64,000 nucleotides of DNA from Marsupella aquatica (lineage: Eukaryota; Plantae; Marchantiophyta). A model generated the notes under the pieces. It made no database searches. It was not told the origin of the DNA and saw nothing but the letters and a program-made list of their open reading frames with translations. Location: the NCBI GenBank assembly GCA_973895155.1, contig OZ316891.1, positions 29,742,331 through 29,806,330 of the forward strand, read 5' to 3'. Position numbers and translations under genes: made by a program. The number at the start of each line of letters is the position of its first letter. The first letter of the stretch is position 1. This document shows, piece by piece, positions 26,767-39,899 of the stretch.

Positions 26767-29700
26767 TTAAGCTTGAATTGCCTTAATCCATGCTTAAATC
26801 TTTTAATCCACGCTTAAATAATAACAATTACTTGACTTGCCTTTATTTGGTCACGTTACATACAACTCTAGTAGACCCTAGTTTTTGTTTTCTACACTCA
26901 CAATACGGGTTACTTGCCTTGGAACAATAGACAAGCCTGGTGATAGTCCATGGTGCCATGTTTGCCCCTCTTAAGCTATTCTTCTGAGTCCAACGCCAAC
27001 ACTTTTTGTATAACTTCAAAATTGAGCTGCCTCAAGAGCCTTGTTCAGCATAATTATGTCTTGCTTTGCCCTGCCCACCAGTCTTGTTCCCAACACATAG
27101 AAGTGCTTCACGTTTTCAAAGTTTAAACAGACTTAGCATACCCCTCAACCATGAGCCAATTGGGGATAGAAGTCTGCATAGCATTTGCCCCTATTCCTTG
27201 AGCCCAGTTTGTATATTCCGCTGATGGCTCTCCAACCCATCCCAATAACATTTTGTCAGAGGAAGGCTCCACCCAAACTTTCTAGTGTCTGGGGCGCACT
27301 CTGGGAAATTTGATGTGAGGGCTGGGCAGGGCTTGGACATGAATACAGGCACAAGGCCCTAATAATTTCAGGCATGTATATTCCACGAATGGCTCTCAAA
27401 CCCATCCCAAGATCATTTCATAGGTGGAAGGGTGCCCCCAAAGTCTCTAGTGCCCAGGATTCTCGTGGGGGGGGGGGGGGGGGGGAGTGGGGACACAAAC
27501 TTGCACATAGGGAGGGCCACAAGGCCCTAAGAATCTCAGCCATCAAACTTTTATGAGGGCAAGAATGGAGGTTTTCATACCACCAACGTTCTCCCGCCTG
27601 ACATTCCCTCAACCCTATCGGGGCAGTTCCAACTCAAAAAATCTCTAGGGCCCTTTTTTTGCTCCCCTTCCCGTTTTCTCCCTACAGTTCTTCACTGTCC
27701 TTTTTTCCCCCCCTTCCCCTTTCTGCCCTGACACTCCTGGGCAGGCCCTCCACCATGCCACGTCCATCTTTCTTGTATCGGGCTCCACGGGCCCCACCCT
27801 ACCGGTCCCCTACCTATGCCCGCGGGTAGGAGCCGGGTGCCCATGCAAAGGGCACAGATATGAATTCCTGCCCGGCCCCGGCCCTGGCCTGCCCCGCTGC
27901 CTTGCCGTCTAGGGCAGGACTCGTCACCATGGCCTTGCCCTGGCCCTTGCCCTTGCCCGATGGCCACAGTTTTTGGCGCCATACGGATTTCGTTAGGGCT
28001 GGACGGACATCGTCATGAAATCTCGCAATCTGAACCGTCAGCTGAGATCATCCGAGGGTCACAACGATTGCATTATATGGGCACCTGTAGAGAACAAATA
28101 CGAAGTAATCATCATCGTCTTGCGAAATGATCCAAAGAGAGAGGGAGATTCGGCACGAAAACAAATTAGGGTGTCTCTTTTTAAAGTTGAATGGACATTA
28201 AATTGGACCAGGCTCTATTCTATTGACCTGACTCAATGTTGGATTAGTTTAGTGTATTTTTTTTAGTACAATATATGTTTGTAATGTGGTTGTGGAGAAG
28301 AAAGGCCTCATTTGGGATGAAGTCAATTGCCAAATCTGACGGCCCTGATTAAATTAGGAAGATCTGATGACTCACATAAACCAAAAAAGTTCAAGTTTTG
28401 GTAACTAAATTTGCCAAAAACTTATCGCACAACAGTGGTAAAGTAGAGGAGAAAAAACTATTTTCAAAATTTCACAATAATTAGTGTTACTTTGGACTCA
28501 AGTTGACTTTCAACTCAGTGTTACACTAATTTGGTAGTAAGGCTAGTTCTTACATAACATCAATTACAATGAACAGTGTGAGTTTTAAAAGAAATACAAC
28601 GAGTCATCAAATTAATTAGGGCCCCTCCGCTGACCACCAATGGGGGCACAAAGAATACACCAGGCTGGGCACCAGGCAGACCCGGTTGCAGGCCCAAGCG
28701 GAGCCATGAGACTGTAGGCAGAGAAATCCCTTCTTCTTTTGAATAGAGTCACCTGTCCAGAGTCTAGGATATAGTCTTGAGTCATATGAAAATATGATAA
28801 TGTCCCTAGAGCCTACATTCAAACTCTCTCTTGGACTTCTTTATATCTTTACTAGCTCAAAACCCATGCCTTCGGCAGGGGGTTTGGAGTTGTCACGTGC
28901 AATCTGAAATAAGTATGATACATCAAAAACCAAAATTAATTAAACTTTTTAAATTTTGAAACTTTCAATAGATAAAAATAAAGATGTATGCAAGTTTTTT
29001 TCAAACAAAATATCAATACAAATCTTTCATAAGTGTTGGATCTTTTGGATTGATTGCATTATGCCTATTTGGTACATTGTAGGGTTTAAATTAAGAAACA
29101 ACCACTACTCCTAAGATAGCAGGCACATGTGCAACATCCAACCAACACACAAGTATCGACAAAGGAGAGGTGTGGTTCACTTCACCTCAGGCTACTTTCA
29201 GGCCAACACACAAGAGAGCTTTTATGGACTCTAGGCCAATCGCCCATACTAAATCTCCATAGACTAAGTCTGCCTATCTGTCCACTCACTAACTAACTCT
29301 TGCTAGTGAATGTAATTAGTAGCACGTCTAAGCTTAACCAAACACCTAACTAGGGTTAGACTAGTTGTGATTACATAGTAACTCTACACCTGAAAGCAAA
29401 TGCCTAACAACTTGTTGGCTTTGGTTGCATCACCTGCTTTAAGTTTTGACTATGCATTGCTTCTAGGTTTTGTGTTTGGGAAAGCATGCATATGGAGCAA
29501 TTGACAAAGGGAGTAAGAGACACAATGGATGGGTTGTTAGAGCACCTCCGAAGGTTTATTAGGGGTAAATGACTTCTAAACGCAAAATGTAGCCCATCAT
29601 TTGGAGGCCTAGAAATTAGAAAAGCCGCCATATTGAATTCATTCACTAGAGTTTCTCCCTCTTCTTTAATTGACCTCTATCCTCTTCAAATTGATGTGTT

Positions 29701-29986
29701 GTTATGCTTAGGTTCAAAATCTCAGCCATACCCAGGATCTCATGACAAGTCGTGGAATCTCTCACGTAGAACCCCAATTTAAGGAATACTGAAGTATTAG
29801 ATTAATTCCAATTTTATCTAAATATTATAAGTTAATGAATGATCAACCTCTTTAACATTTGGTGGGATAGTCAAAAACTTCAAATGTTTTGTTGCAAGAT
29901 CTTTATAACAATGCATCACTAAATGACATCAAGTACCTCTTGATCCATGCACAAATCCTTAATTAAACTGTCATTTATTGTTTCAA

Positions 29987-30517
29987 TTGTCTATTTAATT
30001 ACTATAGGGTTGAATACAAAAAAGATTGACCACCCTTTACAACAATTAATAGGATTGTTGTATATTACAATGTCTACTGGACATTCATTTGAATGTCAAT
30101 AATATCATGCCTTAATATCACCAAACTAAGGCCCCATTGTCTAACTAATATTATATCTTAAATAAACTAACCAACTAACTAACTTGTCTATTTAATTACT
30201 ATAGGGTTGAATACAAAAAAAGATTGACACGCACCAAGGTGCGTGACCTACAATCATAGTATCACCCTTTAATCAGTTAGTTTCTATTGCTTTGACTCAA
30301 TCAGGCATGGAACCATATAAAATCAGAAATCATTGAAAGTTGAGTTCACTTGAAGGTGTAACTATAATTATTATTTATTAATAGGATTGTTGTATATTAC
30401 AATGTCTACTGGACATTCATTTGAATGTCAATAACATCATGCCTTAATATCACCAAACTAAGGCCCCACTAACTAATATTATATCTTAACTAAACTAAAC
30501 TAACCAACTAACTAACT
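29987..30517. repeat. Local direct duplication (first copy internally deleted) near the left end of the element
   Basis: TGTCTATTTAATTACTATAGGGTTGAATACAAAAAAGATTGAC and TTAATAGGATTGTTGTATATTACAATGTCTACTGGACATTC...AAGGCCCCA each occur twice. Confidence 0.85.
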
Positions 30518-30873
30518 TAGACGATAAGACTTGTCTAAACTTGAGTTCTCTGGCTACTACTATTCTGAGTTGCCTTTTAAACTGTATGCTAAACTACATG
30601 CTTCATTACTGTCTAGGATTTGTCACTTGCTATGCATGTCAAGAGCTCGGGGGTTTCACTTCCACAAAAATGGCATATCACGTGCGACGAAGGATAGGAT
30701 CATTTTATTGGTTGTAAGGGAAGACTTAAGAATTTTTGTAGAAGAACAATAGGGTCTTTTAAATTCAATTTTGAGACTTATAAGAACATTATGGCCTTTT
30801 TAATCCAATTTTTGGAATATTCCAAGAATATTCCAACTTTATAGGGGTTAAAAAATAATTTTTTCCTTACATT

Positions 30874-33800
30874 TTAGGGGGTCCAAGGCCTAAAAACGTC
30901 GCAGGTGATGGGGAGGTCCCCATGTAGTGAGACCCCCGAGGTCAAGAGATAGTCTCTTGCCTTGGCAGCAACATTCTTTGGAATTCCTACCAACCCTGTC
31001 ACTGGTCCTTTGCGTGCTTTGAAACACCACAAGGCAGAGGAAACATCTATTGTCTCAGCTTCCTTGTATATTGGAGTTGGATCACGTTCCCATTTCTTAT
31101 CCCAAGAATCTGCCCACCGCTCTCTTGGTTGCCAGTCTGATTGACCACGTTGCTTCTTTGCCATAAATGGTCTAAACCACTCAACGCCACATACATGAGT
31201 AAGAAGGTTTTGTTCATTCACTGGTCCTTCTACCACATCCTAACCCCATATGGACGGGATAAACATCCAGGTCTGAGTCGTTCGACCATACCAACACATA
31301 ACAGCCCTTCACAACATCAACCCTAGGGTTAAAACTCTCAGGAGGTTCATCTTTTGCTGGTCCCACATAATCCACTGTTGCCTACATGCCACATTTCGAT
31401 ATTCTGGTGGAACGTGCTCTCTCCATATTGATAAAGGCCAAAACCCGTATTCCAAGTTGTGTGCACCTTCAGGTTCATATTGCACCTGTTCACCCTGTAG
31501 AGTATCTACAATGTCATTCCAATAATTGATGAGAGTTGTCCAACGTCGCTTTGGTTCTTCCTCTTTTGTTCGCTTTAGAATAAACTCAAAGAATGACACA
31601 TGCTTCTTCAACCCTGTTAGCACTTCAGGAAGCATTTTCAACTCCATCATTGGTAGCCATTTGGGCACCCCAATTGGGATGTGAGGACTTTTGTCATCTT
31701 TCCATGACCACATTTCAATACCTTCCTTGGGTAACCATCCCTGATCAGTTGACTTCATTTTGTATTGGAAGCATGGCATACTATCATGACGAACATAGAA
31801 CCTAAACAGCCTGGGTTTTAAATGCCCCACCAATGCCTCAGGGCCCTTCAACATGAATGGAGCTAAGTAGTTTTTGAAATTTGGGACCTCCTGTAGAAAA
31901 TGTGGGACTGCATTGGGTGTCCTTGCTCTCATGAACAAGGACATTAACTCAGGCAACGAGTATGTGGGGTTATGCATCATAGACTCTGAAAAATGCCCAA
32001 ACATACCGTCAACGTCCTCATGAGTATGCCCAACCACCATAAAACCAAGATGAACCTCTTCAAACACCTCCCTTGCCGTCAACAATGACAAATAAGCCAT
32101 CATATGTTTGTTCTTGTTGTTTGAGGCACAATTATCCAGTTGTAGCTTCAATACTCGTGGAAGGGGCCTGAACTTTGGTGCCTCAGGTGCTGCATCACAA
32201 TGTAACAATCTCATAATGCTTTTAAATAAAACCCTAGTCAGACCCTAAACCCCAATTTAGGGTTTAGGGTTTAAACCCTATTAATGAAACCTTGGCTAGG
32301 AGGAGCAACAACTACACAAAGTAGAGTGTTAGTGTGTGTGAGCTTATATTATTAATAATAAAAGGATTGTGAGTAAAGTACCTAGGCTTGAGATGTAGGC
32401 AATGTCATTCTCAAATGCTCTAAGGACACTTGCCTCCAAGATATCTTTTCTCCCAAAAAGGAGGTCTTTAAAAAGACTTGTCGAGTCTGGCCCCTCCACA
32501 AGAGATTTGATCATTGGATTTGGGTTTTCCAACATCCTTAGTATTGAATCAATTGACCCAATAGTGACGTTGACATCACCTGACCACACTCCAACATGAT
32601 ATTGGGCTATGGCCTTGGGACCATGACCATGAGTAAGGATACCAGTGACAGTAATTGGGAACTTTTGGGCACCATCCACATGCTTAGGATTGAAGGGCAT
32701 TCTTGGGAGAGCTGTCTTTGAATGATCCATCTTATCATGAATAAGGCATAACACTTCCTTTGGACGATGGATGGACTCATATCTCCAGGTATGATAGCAC
32801 ATTCTTTGTTGTGTGTGGTCTTGGTGATGTTCCTCCTCGTCACGCCTTAGGCCCTCTAACTCTTCCTTAGCTCCTGTAAGGTTTGCTTTTCGTTGAAGCA
32901 ACTCACTACAAGTTGTACACTTTGAAAAGTTGTTGCCCTTTTTGTGACGTGAGAACTCCCTGAAATACATCTGATGTAGATGACTCAAGGTGGGTTGGGA
33001 AATTGGAGGAAGACCAGTCTCCTTGTTGACAACATTAACCCTGTTTCTAATATTCTCCCAAGTAAGATTGGTTGGCAATTCCCTCAAAACCACCTTTGAA
33101 TTATCTGCCATGGTTCTCAACTTGGCTGGATGATGATCAGCTACCTCCTCAATAATCTCTTTCATTGACATGAATGCTTGAGATACTTTCTCAGACATAC
33201 GCCTTTTCCAGCATTACCATGGGTACCTATGTTCATTCCAGCCATCACAGTCTTCTTCAAGGCATAAAATTGAGTTTTTCCTCTTGAATGAATGATTCTC
33301 CATGCCTCCACGCACAATACTTTGCCCTCCACTACTAGAATCCTTTCGCCCGTACCCAAGTGTATTGTATTTTTTATAGCCTTGATTTCCTCCTCCTTGC
33401 GCTCCGCAAAAGATTTTGACCACCACTTTTGCCTAATTGCCATAGCCAAGTTGCGGTCCAAATATTGGCAACAATGTTCACTACAACAGTCCTTGGTGTT
33501 TATCAACAACACATCTTGACGTGCCAAAGATGTGTCTCTTCTAGATGTCTAGGAAGATGGACTCTTTCTTTTTCTAGTTTTATGGACGTAGGACCGCTTT
33601 CCACTTGTAGGAGATGTGTTCCCTCCCACTTCTTGCCTAATGTTGTGGAAAGACAACAAGTTGCCATCCTTGGCAATGAGTTGGTCCATCGACCAAGCTT
33701 TTAAGCAATCTCTATGCTTCAGATGGTCAACCGTAGCTCCCTCAACAAAATCGTTGATCAGAATTCCCACATGTGTATTCCCAAGGGTGACATCCCCAAG

Positions 33801-34268
33801 CTTGACTATAGGATCTAGAACATGTATAGTTGCCACTGCAAAAATCAACTTATTCTCATCCACCACCTTTACAGGCATGCCCATCCACAAGGCCTTTGGT
33901 AAAACTATTTCCACACGAGACCGACTCTCATTATGGCGGTTCCCAACAGAATTTTGCTCAACTGGATCTTGATCATCACCAACCTCGCCAAACAAATCCT
34001 CCGATTCCATGGGAGCTTGAAAAAGTTGATTCCTTTCCCATACAAGGTAGCCCCCAATCATGTCCTTCAAAAGTTTGTCATCTCTGCATTGAATAGTCTC
34101 GTCAAAAACTTCCTCCAATAGAAGAAGAACTTTGTCCGCCCCAAGAGTAACATTGTGACAAACCCTGGAAGGATCAAGACTTATCACACGACCTTTTTCA
34201 ACCTGTTTGTCACGGATGCCTATAATAAATTTTCTGCCTTCCCTGATCTAGACTGTCGATGTCACCAT
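30874..34268 (-). pseudogene. Sola-like DDD transposase gene with two N-terminal Tnp1/En-Spm-like beta-barrel repeats; disrupted
   Basis: ORFs 34187-33549, 33527-33162, 33198-32344, 32214-31309 and 31236-30874 join into one gene with an ATG at 34268. Motifs: CCSEHCC, LCVEAWRIIH, HGNAG, FSKCTTC, acidic triad candidates in IHDKMD / LQLDNC..NNKN / VGHTHEDVDGMF. In-frame TAG stops at ~34250 and 33549, plus frameshifts. Confidence 0.8.
32228..32282. repeat. Telomere-like (TTTAGGG/CCCTAAA) tract in a transposase intron
   Basis: AAACCCTAG..ACCCTAAACCCCAA-TTTAGGGTTTAGGGTTT-AAACCCTA, with units in both orientations. Confidence 0.75.
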
Positions 34269-35665
34269 ACTAATTATGATCCTGCACAATAGCGAATATG
34301 ACTATAAGCGTGCTGTCCTGTCACGGCCGTCAACTACCAAAGTAAGGACAAAGTACTGCACGCGACCTGTCGCGTGATGCTTCTTGAGGACTTAGTAGCC
34401 GTATGAACCAATCCATTACGCGACCAGTCGCGTCATGCTTCTTTTGTAACATTCTATTGTGGAACGAGCCCTATACCCGTGCGTTGCAGGGCACAAGGAG
34501 GGCCGGCCCATAAGGAGTCGGGCCAGGGCATTTATGGAGCGGAGGGCGAGAGGAAGGAGCGAGTGCATCGGGACCGAGGGGAGGGCGACGCATCGCTCAA
34601 AAATGTATATCTCGAGGGGGGGTCCATAATGAAGGCACGGGAGTGGGAGGCCCTTGCCAAAGACACGAGGGGGACCCTCAATGACACGACTGACCTCTTC
34701 ACAAGCATTATTAGGGCGTCTCAGATATGGGGAAAAATCTGACCTTATGGGCAGCCCGCAAAGCTGTCGGGCAGACCGAAACTAGGTATACTCGGGCCAA
34801 TATTTGCTGGGGTAGTTAGCAATGAGTTGTGTCGCGGCGCTATGCGTGAAGTGGTTTTCCTACTGGGGGACTCAAATATCGGGCCGAGAGAGTTTTGCAG
34901 TTGCCCGAGTTAGGTTCGGGTGGACACGGCCTGAAAATGTACGGGAGACCCTTAGGCTAGCCCATGACCGATTCAACATTATAGATTCCTATTTCCCATA
35001 GGGTCTAAAACCTAGAAGCTAGAAGCCTAGGCCCAAACTCTAGCTCGTAGTTGGCGATTCATAAGTAAGATACGATTGCGATTTAATAATAAGATACACC
35101 ACTGAGTGGGCAGTACCACTGAGTGGACACTGGACAGTCAGTATCTATTGAGGACCCCATAATCATTCCAGTACATCACTAACAATCAGTACGTTCCGAG
35201 CCAGTCGCCGACAGTGAAATTAAAGCCATAATTATACGACAATTCAGCTTGCAGCCAATTCTATTCCACGCCAGTCTAACGATTACTCTCTTCGAGAAAC
35301 CACCCTAGATTCCGCCCTACATTTGTGCCATTTAATTGACACACGGTTATTCTGTTGTAGAACCGTCCTACATGCCGCGCTACATCCGTGCCACTGAATT
35401 GATAGACGATTACTCTCTTCTAGAAACCAACCTAGATTCCGCCCTACATTCATGCCACTTAATTGACAATATCCACAGTAGTGAAGAGTAAAGACTATAA
35501 AGCATTGAGATGATGTCTAAACTGCCCATTCCCCATGCATTGAACATTCTGGTTACTGGATAATGTAATCGCACATCAGCTCTCCCTTCCTTTGCTCCCA
35601 ATAGAAGAGTCTTTCCTCTCACTCCAAATTCTTAGTCTCGGTCCGCATCTCTTGCTTGAAGGGCG

Positions 35666-36169
35666 ATGGCTAAGCCAGTGAGCTTGAAGAATGTGGATGT
35701 TCCAACAGACAATGTAGAAGATTCTATCTATCGTGGTACTCCTTTCAGATTGTGTAAGCGATGTGATATCATGTTTGCGGTGACTACATCCAGAGGTCAA
35801 ATGTTTTGTGAGAGAACCCACTGTTCGCCACATTTGACGACGGAAGATAAGATGGAGAGCAATCCAACCGTGTCGAATCCAAAGATGGAATCCGGGGAAA
35901 AGTTGAAGGCCAAAGTATGCATCGATTCTATTACGGTCAAGGCAGCAGCTGATGATAAGAAAGTCAAGAAGGAGGCCAAGAACGTGGACGCAACTACAAA
36001 AAGGAAATTAGAGATGAAGGAATATTGTGAACTATATTACAGAAGGAGGAAGCCGAGCAACGCACGCAAATTTATGGACCATAGAGCTTGGGCAAAGGAG
36101 GCATTCTTGGATTCTGGCGAATCCATGCCAGACACGGATGAGTGGATGCCATCTTCGTGGAATGATTGA
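35666..36169 (+). CDS. Small basic protein with a treble-clef-like Zn finger (element cargo)
   Basis: Intact 167-aa ATG ORF containing CKRCDIMF...FCERTHC (CxxC...CxxxC) and a K/R-rich C-terminal half. Confidence 0.55.
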   Translation: MAKPVSLKNVDVPTDNVEDSIYRGTPFRLCKRCDIMFAVTTSRGQMFCERTHCSPHLTTEDKMESNPTVSNPKMESGEKLKAKVCIDSITVKAAADDKKVKKEAKNVDATTKRKLEMKEYCELYYRRRKPSNARKFMDHRAWAKEAFLDSGESMPDTDEWMPSSWND

Positions 36170-37849
36170 CTCGATGTAAGGCTAGAGCTTATTGAATTTG
36201 AGTAAAACGTAGTCCAAGTTAGAACTCGATAGGGATACGATGTAGCTAGATTTCATCCCGTAGGGATATATTTTAACGGAATCAGTTCAATGGAAATGGA
36301 TTCCACATTCGAAGTCCTTCGGGATGGATGTAGTCTTTTTTGGTAATCGACGAAAAAATATTCCAGAATGGTCATTTATGTTTTCTGGCTTATACTATAA
36401 TTCAAGTCATTTGAATGAAGTGAATTCTTGTTGAAATGATTCTCAAGATGGCTTCTTAGTCAACAACAAGAACCGCTAAGACTGGAGTGATTCGATCCTA
36501 TATCTAAATTACCTTAGAAGACAACAATAATTTTGACGCGATTGTACGCGTGCACTATGAACAAGACTGGGTATTAAATCCGCGAATAGTGCTCCATGTA
36601 TGTATGTTTGGAATGCCTTGCATGTTTACCGGCGTCTGGAATAATTAGGTTCATCTGAATGAAGTCAGTTTAGACCACCTAGGGCTGAGAGTCTTTTCCT
36701 AATGGTCAAAATAACAGAGGCTTGAGTGATACTATACTACATCTATATTACCTTAGAATACAGCAAGAAGAATGACGCGACTGTGCGCGTGGTCAGTCAA
36801 CCAGAATGGGGAACGTGCCCGTCATCCCCAAACAAGGCGACCAGGGGTGGTAAACGAACAGATATTGGCTTCGATTCTTGAGAGAATCTGACCTGAGGTC
36901 AGTTATGTCACGCGACTGTGCGCGTGGAGTTCTACTCAATGACTAAGTAAAGTAACTAATAAATAGAGATTAATCGGATCTCAGAAATAGAGCGCGATTA
37001 GATTTAAGAGTGGAGAGTATATCCTCTCCTCTAAAACAATCACGCGACAAGGCGCGTGATGAAATGAAGACTTTAGATATAAAAGTAAATTATGGCTAAT
37101 TCGCTATTGTATGTTAAAATACCCATATGTACGGCCATGTAAAATTGGAAGACACACTAGTTTGGACTGCGAAGATTTCATTTTGATCGACGACTACCAT
37201 AGTACTTCATAGAAGGAATTCATGGTGATAGATTTCTTCCGGATTGGACTTGATTGAGGAGTGATTGAATTCGACCAGAACTTCATGGAGTCAAATCATG
37301 AATTGAATGCGTGATTGAAGGCAATTAATCTCGTCATTGATTGCAGAATTGCGTACTTACAAGATGTTCAATTGCATGTTGTCTCCGTCAGCAATTATGG
37401 CGACAATCCTCCTCCCAGCCAAGCCTCCTGCTCCTCGCAAACCTTCCGTTGGACTCCAATTGCCTTGAGTATCTTGATTGTATCCAGATCTATCGCAACT
37501 GCATAATTACCGGTTTAAATTTCAAATTGGCGATCCAACTAAAATCTCGTTGAGTACGGCCAATCAAGAAGATTCCGGTAATCTTCTTTTCACGATTGCC
37601 TACTTCGTATTGATTGAGTCTTAGGAAGGTGTACGGAGATCATCCGGAACCTTCCGATCCATAGGATGCGTAGGCTTATTAGGGTTACGTTAAAATGGTT
37701 ACCCTAATTCGCATTACTTAGTGACGGCGCACACGGTCTCGAGTTCATTGTTGTTCACTTCTTGTCAATTCACTCATTCATTGTTGTTGTCTCCCGTGCC
37801 AGCTCCATAGGACCTTCACGCGCCTGCTCTCGTCCGCCCCATTTCGTTT

Positions 37850-37960
37850 GTTGCAGCTCGTTCATTGTAGTCAGGAGCTCAATCGTTCATTCATTGTGGT
37901 CCGGAGCTCGATCATTCATTGTGGTCAGGAGCTCTTGTTCGTTGTGGTCCGGAGGTGGTT
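37850..37960 (+). repeat. Short tandem repeat (~25-bp unit) in non-coding part of the element
   Basis: TTC(A/G)TTGT(A/G)GTC(A/C)GGAG x4, followed by CAGCTC-rich sequence to ~38215. Confidence 0.7.
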
Positions 37961-39306
37961 GGCATGCTTCAGCTCGATCTCACATCTCGTATTCACTTCT
38001 TGTTTGCTCGATTGAAGGGCTTCTGGTTTGTTTGAAGGGCTTCTTGGGTTTGTCACAGCTTGTTTGTTTGGAGCTCTTAAGTTGCGAGAGTTTCAGCTCG
38101 TGTTCAGCTCGTACCAGCTCGTACCAGCGAATTTCAGCTTGTTTCAGCAGCTCAAACTCATTTTTGGCAGCCTGTCTCAGATCATTTCATTCATCAGGTT
38201 TGTTTCAGCTCTTTCATTGATCAGGTTTATGCTTTAATTCATTCTCAGCATTCTACCGACAACGTATGATTCTATCTCTAGAAGTGGCTGTTTACCTGGA
38301 GATAGTGAGTTCCTTGCCGCCTTGATTGCAATTTCAATGGAAGAATTGTTTACCTCGAGATATTTACTTAGCTTCTATCTTTAATACATCAATCTGGGAT
38401 TTTAATCTTATACGTTCTTTCCGGAATGCCGCAGCAAGGTCTTTAAGTGGAAATTGATTTCTATCTCTCAGATGATTACATCGATCAATTACATCGATTA
38501 ATTTGTCAAAATTCAGGTACTTTTCCTGAGATTATTCTACAGATCATTCAGCTGAGTTTGATGCAGTTTGTGTCTGTAAACTCAAATATGACCAAATCAT
38601 ACAAGCTAACTCAAATATAACTTGATCATATTAACGATGTCATACAACTTCCAAGTTGTGCAATTGACTCATCTTATTATATTACACTGAATCATATCAA
38701 TCGACTCAACAACCAGCAGCATCCTGTACAATATAATAATTTTAACTGACCGATGCTCTGTGAATCATGCTAAACTAAATTCTTTGCAATATGAAAACTT
38801 CTGACATATGATTGTTTCATAATCATAGCGCGCTAACATCTGAATAGTAATATTGGAAACTTCATGAATGTTCTGATTGCTTATAATTATGAATGAATGC
38901 CATTGATCGCCTGTTATCTAAATGAATACACTCAATACTGGTCTACCTGAATCCAGTTAATAAATATATCTTCGCATGAATGTATCTCACTTTAATAATT
39001 CCATGTTCGCATTTGGATTTATCAGTCCGTACAGGTATAAGTCGGTATTGTGACTACTCCTGGTTTGTTGTTCGATCAATTTTGGATTATCTTTTGACGC
39101 GACCAGTCGCGTGTGAGGTAGATCTCCACACGGGAGGTTTAGAGATTTCTGAGGATTAGGTGACGTGACCAGTCGCGTGTTAGGTGCAGTTAACGCGACC
39201 AGTCGCGTGCCCGTTAGACTTCTTATAGTTAGTTCTGTGACCGAAGGAAATGTTTTGATTATTTGACGCGACCAGTCGCGTCACAAATCAAAATAGAGGT
39301 TCATGG

Positions 39307-39821
39307 ATGGGTGAACCTGGTCTTGAGAGCTTCAAATATCTCTGCCCCATATTTGACGTTCTCGACAGAACCCAAGATGGCCTAATGGAGGGATATTCTA
39401 TCTTTGTTGAGACACTATTACCTGGACTTCCAGATAACATTGTCGTGGAATTGATTTGGCCTCAAATCAAGGATTCCTTTAATTGCTTGGCTAATGTAGG
39501 AAATTTCTCAACAAAGGAATTGAATGAGTTGATTGGACTGTCTTCGGTGTGTCGTAGATGGGTATAATCAAGTTGAGTTTATTAGATTTAGATTTCCCAA
39601 GACATACTGCTAAATCGATCCCAAATGAGTCTCTCTCATCGATTGTGCAAAGTTTCTTTAAGAAATACCCAAGAATTAAATTCCTGGGGTCGATGTCCAA
39701 CGTTCTTAGAGAACTATTTACGAAGCCCTACGATGCTCTTCACCCAGTTGAAAAATGGCAGTTTACAATAAGATGCCACAAAGTTGGGTACCTTGAGGAT
39801 GACCTGAATGCTAGTTGTTAA
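39307..39821 (+). pseudogene. F-box-like cargo gene copy 1 (frameshifted)
   Basis: LLPGLPDNIVVELIWPQI...LSSVCRRW is a plant F-box-type motif with an insertion. Continues in ORF 39558-39821. Confidence 0.6.
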
Positions 39822-39899
39822 CATACACGACCGGGCGCGTGAGACAACTTCTAACAATGTTTTGTGATTTGATAACAATAGGATGAGCAAACTCCTCAA

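Noticed and set aside
27950-28200. Similarity to 51730-51860 (CTGAACCGTCAG) as outer element ends
   Set aside because: Short match in direct orientation with no extended alignment or TSD visible.
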